A stretch of DNA of 56,193 nt, the filler included, from Sphacelaria rigidula (Eukaryota), in NCBI GenBank assembly GCA_964200075.2. It is 5 parts of 5 records of this genome, joined end to end, with 100 filler letters (N's around TTAATTAATTAA, not from the genome) between each part and the next. Parts side by side here need not be neighbours in the genome. Positions count along the whole stretch, not along the records: positions 45,036 to 56,193 come from CAXNAA020005309.1; 4 more parts are not named here. One strand, given 5' to 3'. Within the stretch, counting starts at the first letter, position 1. Each line of letters opens with the position of its first letter. Positions 47,418 through 56,193 of this stretch are shown here, in pieces. Under the pieces are notes generated by a model. That model worked only from the letters and a program-made list of their open reading frames with translations. It was not told the origin of the DNA and searched no databases. A program made the position numbers and the translations under genes.

Positions 47418-50266
47418 TTACAGCTCTTTGTCCCCGCTTCCGTCCCAATCGAGCAATGGTCCCCCGAGCAAGCTTAACATGCTACCGGCCAATCGCCGAG
47501 GAGGAGAATCCTCCTCTACGCCGAGACGCAACGCCATTGCCACCACCGTTCCCGTGACGATTAATGTTGTATCTGACAGCACCGACTTGATCGCCATCCC
47601 CACGGCTGAGGCGAACAAAGACGTGACATCAAAGCCGGCAAGGTGGGGAAAGGGGTGAATGATGAGCTCCGTGTTTCGCTCGAGACTGCGCGTGACCAAC
47701 ATCTTGATGGCGGACGTGCGCATCTACCCTGTGCAGAAACATCTGGACACACCATCGCCCACCGAGAATTGACCACGGGCGCTTCTCACCGAGAACTTTG
47801 CCCAGTACTGGCACCGCCGCCAGCAGCATCCCCATCATCATGCCCGGCTTTTTATCGCCGACAGCGGGTAAGAACACCTGAGAAACAAACGAAACAACAC
47901 ACCCGAAGGATTCACAGTCAAACATGCAACCCCAACAGAATACGTGACACGCATAAAAAACCCATTGGCGCCTCAGAGCTCAAAGTTCACCGAAGGATTG
48001 GAAGGAAACTACAGACAAAACGTGAAGAGCATGTTCCTGAACTTCCAGACGTTCCGCAACCTCCGACCCCGAAACAGGCTCCACAAAACGCTTCTTCCTT
48101 CAGAACGAGGTAGCTTCCCCACCTCGACTGCTCCCCACGGAATACCTCTCTGCTGTCCTACGCAACCTGTTTGTGCACCACCGTACATCCATGTGCCTAT
48201 GCCCGACGAGTGGAGCACGAGCGAAGCCTTGACGGTAGGGAGCCAGTCTTCCCTTGTTAGATCAACAATTATGCACGAACTCACCGGCAGGCCGAGCAGC
48301 ATCCGCATGCACAGGAACACAGTCGACACCACCAAGCGCACCAGGAGGGCCAGGAACAGAGCGGGAACGCACGGTATCCGGCCACCAAGGCCCAACGGCA
48401 TCACCGCGGACGATAGTCCGTGCGCCCAGTCCAGGATGCTCTCCATGAACTGCATAAATCCATCGACGACTGGAGATACATCACGCCGTTTGCGCGTTAT
48501 GACTTCAGGTGCAGGTTTGGGACTAGACGAATGCGTAGGACTTGATATAGAGGCTCAAGATTTGATACCAGATGGAGACTCAAGATTTGAAATAAGTTTG
48601 CGACCAGATGGAGACTCAAGATTTGATACCGAGGATTTAGTGCTTTGGATTAGGCTCGAGCGCTCAGGGTTGAGGTAAGAGGGTGAGGGTCCCGACTCGC
48701 TTCGCGGCAATATCCAACACAGGGGTGGGACCGGGGCTAACGCGGCGGGAGGCGGGTGTCTGTGGACAGTGTTCGCGCGTGCTTCCGTCCTTGGCAGGCG
48801 AGCGCAAAACTGGTTAGCATTTATACCCACGTGACGTTTTTGTAGTATAGTAGCAGTCCGAACCTACGTGTTCCCGGAGGCGTTTGCAATAATTGCGGCG
48901 AGAACATAAAGATCGGACGTGGTTTTCACCGCTTGATTTCTCTACTTGTTGATAAGTCCGGCGATCCCCACTCAGAGCTTTGCCGCGCGCGCACACAGTG
49001 AAGTTCCAGCACCACAGTACAGCTGCCCCCGCATAACAAGCTCCCCATTCACTTGGCAGAGTGAACAGAACGCCACGCTCGCCTAATATCTCGTTCGGGA
49101 GGGTACACACGCATGCCTTACAACGTCACGCTAGAGTATCTAGCCAGCGTCCGTGCAGATAGCAACACCCCTGAATTTGTAACTTGCGAGGGGAGCACAC
49201 GCACATGCACACATTCCCCTTGAACCGAGTTTTCAACTCTTTGGGAACTGAAGTGCTGATTTTTGTCTTGTTAATTTTCGTGAATCGGCATCATTTTGAC
49301 TTGAAAATGATTGAAAATGATTGAAAATGATTGAAAATGATGCCGATTGACGGAAACAAAAATCAGCACTTCCTGGGGATCTAATATTCCGAAAGGGTTA
49401 AGGGAACTTGAGGAAAGGGACATCATATACTCCTTTCGCCATATTTTCCGGAAAAAATAGACGACAAAATATATTTTTGCGATCCAATATCCAGGTGTAT
49501 CAATAGCATTGCTTGAAAATCTCGAGGACCTGGGGTCAACGCAAAGCCAGCTAGCGCGTGCCAATCAAGGGTAACTCCCCCCCTCCCCAAATTGTCATAC
49601 GCACACTTACCGAATGCATAGTACCCCATAGCCTCCTCCCATTCACCCGCTCTCTCTGATTCGCCGACATCTTCAACCGCTGCAGAACTCCCCTTCGTCG
49701 TCTCGAGCAACACGTCCAACTCGTCCTCGACTTCCTCAGACCCCGTTGCCTTGGCTTCCAAAGTAACAGACTCAGTTGACGAATCTGTTCCGAATTCGTC
49801 GTCTATTTCAGCGTTGGCGCCAGCTAGATCATCCATCGAGTGGACGCCACCCGGTCCCTTTCGTCCTGCTCCAGCGGTGAGAAAGGATTCCAAGTTGGAC
49901 CTCCAGTGTGCATCTCCTTCATCCACTCGTTGTGCGGCCGCTGTGCGGTGGGGCATAGATAGTGTTACGGGCATACGAAGCGCCGAGAGAATTGAGATGC
50001 AAAAGTGGTAGGAGGACGGACGGGCGTGAAATTGGCGTATGCCGGAAGAGGCTGCGGGCATCAATCGCGGCCCCGAGCAAAAATTGCTCGAGATTCGCCA
50101 TTATGCCGGAAGGGGCAGCGGGCATCAATCGCGGCCACGAGCGAAAACTGCTCCAGATTCGCCAAGACTGCGGAGCTACAACATCTTGTTTGCAGTCTCA
50201 AGCGGGAAGTTTGACGGCGTCATTAGAATGACTTGTTTCATACGTACAACTGCCGCACCCGGTACA

Positions 50267-50303
<37 letters not shown>

Positions 50304-51600
50304 TGAAGCCGCAGAGCGCATGGCTCACGCCACCGAACGCAAACAGTAAAACATACGCATGGCGCACTCACTAACTACTACAGAGAATATAGGGCTTTCC
50401 CGCTCATATGAAACCACCACCTCGACCTCACGAGGGCCGCGTGGTCCAGCTTATCATGGAAACACGAAAGCAATGCAAATCCCGTTCGAAGCTCTGAGTG
50501 CCTATCGTGCACACAGCCGCGCGTGGCTTCCCCCTCTTCCGTCCCCGTTGCGAGCTGCGTTTACCAAACTCACCGAACTCAGCTTGCGCCACAGCCGCGC
50601 GCGCCTCCGGCATAAGCAACCCTCCAATTGCCGCACCAACGAGCAGCAAAAGTGCTGCTTTCGTCACGGCCTCTAGCCCTGTCCAAAACCGCACACCTCC
50701 AAGGAGGCGTCTGCCCCCGGGTTTGGACGGTATCTGTCCCGCTTGCCCAATGCCCACTTGGGCCGAGCGCGACAGCGATTGCACAGCGTCCATGTCGAAC
50801 GCTTGGGTGTCCAGCGCTTTGTTTCCTGAGCGTCGCCGATTGGAAGCTCCCGCCGACCCTTTCCGAGGGGCCGCTGGTGGAGATCGTTAGTAAAGGGGTG
50901 GAGCGGGAGCGGAGTGGAGGGAGGGGGGGCGATCAAGGGGTTAAAGCGTTCTCGAGTTGGTGATGGTATATTGGTGTGACCCCATGACGTCGAACAAAGC
51001 CTAACCTCCGTTCATGACCAAAACAGCTAAGCGAGATAAATAGAGAGAATCAGGACTTGATGTGAACATGTGCGTTGTAACTGATACAACACACTGCCGG
51101 GGTGAATAAAAATCGCTGATATTGTGTATGACATTGAGACAGAAAAAAAAAAAAGAGGCGCTGGCCTATGGTTGCACCGCGGGCGGATATCGTGAAAATG
51201 ACAAAACACTTCGCCGACGGCTCATACACAAGACACAGCTACATTGCCAACACAGCTGCGACGAATACATCGGCTGAACAACGGCACAGCCGTGTCCAGA
51301 TAATACATACTCAGCCCCCCTAAAGAACTGCCAGCGTTTACCCTCGGAGCGAGTAGGTTTGAACACCCCGACGGCCGCTCGCTCTGAAGCAGGCTTGCTT
51401 TGCGCGGCGCCCGCCACCGCTACCGCCGCACACGCCTGCGCCGATGCCTCCATGGCCGGAGATGCGAGGGGGGAAGACTTGAAGTACGGTTGGCGCTGAG
51501 ATGACGCGGCGGGCTTACTCTCAGCCGCCGCTGCGGGGAAAGCGGTACCTTCTTTACCCTCGTGCTCCCCGAAAAATTCCGCTTCTGCGGCATCCAGCAT
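47418..51600 (-). CDS. Multi-pass membrane protein with low-complexity N-terminus, C-terminal DKEL (5' end uncertain)
   Basis: Phase-compatible exons 51600-51342, 50873-50574 (TACTAAC branch point upstream), 49940-49611, 48469-48285, 47877-47790 and 47605-47418 (TAA). Hydrophobic segments AALLLLVGAAIGGLLM, PALFLALLVRLVVSTVFL and TTLIVTGTVVAMAL. Confidence 0.75.
49280..49401. mobile_element. piggyBac-like right end with (TTGAAAATGA)n expansion
   Basis: GTGAATCGGCATCATTTT..AAAATGATGCCGATT hairpin, four 10-bp repeats, and a GAAAGGG-TTAA end. Confidence 0.5.
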
Positions 51601-51913
51601 CTACTCGGAGATCGGAGGAACGTCGAAGTGCACGCGCGCGACCGAGTGGGCGGTGGGGTGGGTGGGGACATAGACGGGCGCGGGATAATATTTCCAAAGC
51701 TTTAGAAGGACATGATGGTGTAGACCCCCCTGACAAAAAGTGAGTCGAGAGTAAAGGCGGTTGAGGTCGATTTTGAACATTTCAAGGTCTCCAGGCTGGG
51801 CACTCTCTTGAACTTGAGGAAGTTGATCCCTAACTCTCTCCGTCGTGGCCAGAGACATCGATTCTGCTCGCAGAAAAGAAGTGTGATTTGATTTCCCGCT
51901 TGCATAGAAAACC

Positions 51914-52275
51914 GGTCGCCCCGATGGCTCAGTTGGTGACCTCGAAACGTTCTGACGGTTGGGTTGTGGGTTCGAAACTCGGAGCGATCTGAATTTTTTT
52001 GTCGCACAATGGCCAACAGTGGAGAGCGACTATGTCGTGGGTACACAAAATGCGACTCAATGGTCGACGAGGGAAAGGCATTGCTGGACCCCTCTCGCGA
52101 TAAAATGTAAAGGCAAGCACTGCAGAAGGAAGGTGGAGAACGAAAACAAAGAAGAGAAACAACTCCTGTGTTGGCCGTCCTCTTGAGTGTCCCCGGCTGC
52201 TGCGCCCACATATACCGAAAGGTGTAGACTGGCGTCCAGAGTTGATGGGACGACAACGCAACACACAACACAAAC
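51914..52275 (+). mobile_element. tRNA-derived SINE with CA-rich tail
   Basis: A-box TGGCTCAGTTGG and B-box GGTTCGAAAC. Matches 32082-32436. Possible TSD CATAGA. Confidence 0.85.
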
Positions 52276-52854
52276 ATAGAGGAAGATATCCAGGAGGGCA
52301 ATACTTCATGTGTGTGTACATGGAGGTCAAAAGTATGTATATGGTGGTCAAATGTGTTGGAAAAAAAAAAAAAAACTTGGAGGAGAGAGGGGGTGTCGAT
52401 GTCGTAAATCCTGAGCCGTGCCCGGCTGCCTTTCTCAGAACGATGGACATGGATATATATATATTGAATATATATATACATACACAAGGTCCCTCGCCGG
52501 CCTTCGGCCGGCAGCGGGCCCTTTATTAGTGGGTCACGCCTGACGCGTTATGTACAGCCAAACCCTCGTGTTTCTTTGTGTAGTAAGGAGTTTAAGAAGG
52601 AAAAGGAGGGTTACGGATGGTGACGGTTATAGGGACGGAAGCATCATCAATTTTTTTCAACAGAGTTCCCGTGTTGCCGTTGTCAGGTCGATCGTATTCT
52701 TCTCTTCTCGTTTTGTCATAGTGAACGGTATCTTGTTTGAAAGAGGGTGTGTGTAGTAATGTGTCGTCAAACATAAAATGTTGGGATGCGTATATCAAAT
52801 TAGAAAATATGTGTTGAAAGGGTAACACAATCCGGGAAGAAATAATCGATTGCA

Positions 52855-53375
52855 CACCTCAAGAAGGTGTGACGTTGAACGTATTAAGAGAAATAACAAC
52901 AGTACGTAATCGAAGGAGAACAATCGGAATTGTAGCTAGCTGTCAAGGAATGCCCTCTCAAGCTCACATAGTTGCAACACGCGCCGTCCTCGTACATCGA
53001 GTGAGAAGCGACAACCTACACGTTCATCCCCCCAACTTAGGGAAATCACGCCCGCCGTTCACTAGTTTGACTTTAAAGTCGGTGTTAGCATAGGAAAGCA
53101 TCAATAGAGCGCGAAGACTGACCAAAGAAAAGGGGAGCTTACGTTGACGTGAAAAATTGAACACAAGCAGACCGCTCTCAGATGCTATTCGACTCCGTGG
53201 GTACGACAAAACAACATAGCGGACTCCTTCGAAGTGCGTACAACCTCAAGGAGGTGTAGCATTGAGCATATCAAGATAAAGAACAACAGTACCTAATCGA
53301 AGGAAAACAATTGGAATTGTAGATAACTATAGAGGAATGCTCTCTCAAGCTTAGGTAGTCGCAACACGCGCCGTC
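52855..53375. repeat. ~135-bp diverged direct repeat pair
   Basis: 52855-52988 versus 53243-53375 (ACCTCAAG.AGGTGT..GCAACACGCGCCGTC). Confidence 0.8.
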
Positions 53376-55080
53376 GCTTTCAATCCAGGTACACTCGCTC
53401 TATACGTAAATGTCAGATGTGACACATGACCCGTTCAATAATCATCGATTAAATGACGCTACGTCAGCCCCGCGGAAATGTTCGTTTTTTCCGCGGGTAC
53501 GTGGGAGCAGCTCTTCACTGCGCTTCCCTTCAGCCAGTCAGCGCACATTGAAATAATGAAGCGAGCGGTTCAACGAGTGCACGGGCAGTAATGTGCAACG
53601 AATCCACGTATTGGAACCCTCGCGCTAGGAATTTTCCGGTTTGTTCGCGGGGACGCGCGGGCAGAATTTCAGCGCGTATCTCATTCGTATATTCAGCGCA
53701 CACCGAAATGCTGGAGCGAGCGGTCGCAGGTTGTACGCCCATACACAAAGTAGCACGAACCCGCGCACCGGACCCCTAGCATTGGTGTTCGCCCGGACAG
53801 TCATCCCCCGACGCGGGTGCGGTGGGATCTGCACACTAATTTCAGCATAAATCGCGTGGACGCCTCCTTACGATAATCGCTGCGCTCTCGTGCGCCCTGA
53901 AGATCTTAAATATACGTATATATATATAATTCATGATTTTTTTGCTCTTCTTCAGAAGAGTCAACACAAAAAACCGATAACGAAAAAGTGAGGGAAAAAA
54001 AAATGGGGACTCGAGTTTCACATCAACTCAGCGTATTACAGAATTGGATAGCTCCGCGCGACCGCATCAACCAGCCGATGAGCAACGACATGCTTCGATT
54101 GCCCCTCACTCGGTGCAGTCCAGAAGATGAAATCATCCGACACAACATGGGTTTCTTGCCCGGCCCAGCTTACAGCGACAAATACGCCGCATTTCAGTAC
54201 CGTACATGATCTACTCAAGCGGGCTGCGACAACAGTGCACCATCATTACAGTCGCCGGACGTTACAGACAGCAGTACATATGCAAATGGTATCAGCGTTA
54301 TAACGCGCGCGCCGAACCCCAACCAACATAAATATTAGGCGAAGATAACGTCTGGTCATTTTCGAAGTAGGGTATTATAGTACGCACCACCATCTGACTG
54401 ATATTGGACACCGACACAAATCCCGCATAACAAAGGGGGCAACGGGCCGGCCAATCGTGGGAGGGCGGGAAGTGTCGCCACGAACAAAACAAAATACGCA
54501 ACCCTGACAGTACATCCGTCTGCATTTTCGCTACACCGACCGAACAGCTCTGGTGGTGCTGTACAGCACCCCCACCGCTCTGCCGGCCGCGGGATTAGCG
54601 GCACGGGACGCACGCGGTCTGGTGCTGGACGAATGTGTGCGTGCAACACCAAGTCTCCACCCGGGGCAGACCACCCCTTCATGGTCTGACGAGCGGACAT
54701 TGGACGCCACTGTGTGTCCGCCACAACACCATCGTGGTACGTAGTTCGGCACTGCCACCCCCTCAACCACCACTTCTGCCCCCACCAGCACTGTTCTGCG
54801 CCGTCTCCAAACAGCACACGGTAATGACCCCAACGTTCTCATTTATTTCACGTGCCCATGACTGACGTGAGAATGTAGGGTGGCGCGCGCGCGCGGGGGG
54901 GGGGGGGGGGGGGGTTAATTTTTTTGAACTCTCTTGTGCAAAAGAAAAAAGGCGGCGGGCCCCCGTCGGGGGGGNNNNNNNNNNGTGGGCACCCCCCATG
55001 GTTTTCTTTTTGTTCCGGGGGTCCTGGGGGGGGGGGGGGGGGGGGGGGGCGGGCGGGGGGGGGGGGGGGGGGGGGGGGGG

Positions 55081-55215
55081 ATTCCATGATCTTGCATACC
55101 GTAGTCATACAGAAATTGACCTCGGGTCCCTGCAAGGCCGGGACAGACCACACCGGGTTTTCGCCGGACCATGCTTGCAATCAATCACCGAGCGCGAAGC
55201 GTCGTGATATGTTCG
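55081..55215 (-). mobile_element. Family B retroposon 3' fragment abutting a long G-run
   Basis: Matches 42855-42990; begins directly after poly-G at 55026-55080. Confidence 0.7.
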
Positions 55216-56193
55216 GCGCCTGAATAATTCATTTTGTAATTTCTTCGTAATTGGCGATTTTCTCACGCTATTTAGCTTTCCAGTGCTCATTACATTGGGG
55301 ATCTCAAGATACATGAATCCGCTCCACATTCCAAGAAAAAAAAAAGCATGTGTACTCAATGTTGAGTGATTTACGGGCTGACCGGTCATCGGGGGTCCTG
55401 ACACGTTTCAGCCCAGATTTCAACTCTTCGGTACTTTCGGTCGATCGAGCGTGTCCCGATCGAATTTGTGAAGAAATGTACAGTTTTATTTTTTTAATTT
55501 TACCTCATCATTGCACTGGAGTCGAACTATGTTTCACGGTCAATAGCAACCTCCTGATAAACAAGGTATCTACTCGTATCGCCCGATAAAACCAAGTGAC
55601 ACTAACTTGGGTACTGGGGGAGCAAGACGATCTGTTCATTTCACCAAAATCTACCGACGCTAGCAGTTTCGAGTTCTCTCAAAGAGTGGCCGCGAGAAAA
55701 AATCCCTTTGAAGAAAAAATACTTCAGGCGACCAGTACCATACACCGGAAAATACCGATGGCGTTATTTTGCCGTGAATAAATACCGGTGGAGCCGCGAC
55801 AAAATAAAAATAAACAAATATTGTACAGGTACAGGACGCTCTCCAGCAGACCCCGCCGCACAAGCAATGTCTTTCATCCACACTCTGGACAATGGACACA
55901 ATAATTGTTCATTGCTTGAGCAATAGACTCGGGGAAAATCTATCGATGTAAATGATCAAACACAATAGATGGTGAAACACATCACTTGGTGTGTATTGCA
56001 AGGGACAATAGACGTTGCAATAGTCGATCGACAGCCTTCGGCAATTACAATAGATAAAGTTAACTCGCCATCGATGGGCATCGTGTACCGCAATAGATTC
56101 TGGACTGTATATATCGATAGCGATTGCCGTAATCAATAGGTTTGGTGAGCCATCCATCGATAGTCATTGCCGTCATCAATAGATTTAGTGAGT

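Noticed and set aside
47944-48678. 244-aa + strand ORF
   Set aside because: Antisense shadow of the membrane-protein exon; no recognisable motifs.
51702-52487. 261-aa minus-strand ORF
   Set aside because: Mostly the antisense of a SINE plus low-complexity sequence.
54041-54740. Possible + strand exons near 54041-54200 and 54548-54736
   Set aside because: Splice-like sites exist but the frame is ambiguous and the peptides are unrecognisable.
54890-55080. G-quadruplex or poly-Gly/Pro coding tracts (also 481-560)
   Set aside because: Adjacent to N gaps. Run lengths and neighbouring bases look like low-quality sequence.

Overview
Eukaryotic, intron-rich, repeat-rich DNA with the character of a brown alga or other stramenopile: GT-AG introns, TTAGGG repeats and a 'polymorphic outer membrane protein'-like beta-helix gene. 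The window is not one locus. It is five contigs of about 11.16 kb (1-11159, 11260-22418, 22519-33677, 33778-44935, 45036-56193) joined by an artificial N-TTAATTAATTAA-N linker. Spliced genes rebuilt by hand: a CgeB/Glyco_trans_1_2-like glycosyltransferase (+, 3015-6723), an unknown protein with a GC-AG intron (-, 8460-10260), an 11-exon Pmp-like adhesin (-, 23522-30869) and a multi-TM protein ending in DKEL (-, 47418-51600). Much of the remainder is mobile DNA: two LINE families, a tRNA-derived SINE, and MITEs with Sola-, piggyBac-, Harbinger-, hAT/P- and Ginger-type ends, plus several long foldback palindromes. The most notable pattern is a tail-less LINE that inserts at C-runs with about 15-bp TSDs, together with a non-coding partner sharing its 3' terminus (ATGAGTAC). 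A Ginger1-like MITE carrying telomeric repeats is the second. No CRISPR array or other prokaryotic system is supported. Family assignments come from motif recognition only; no searches were run.
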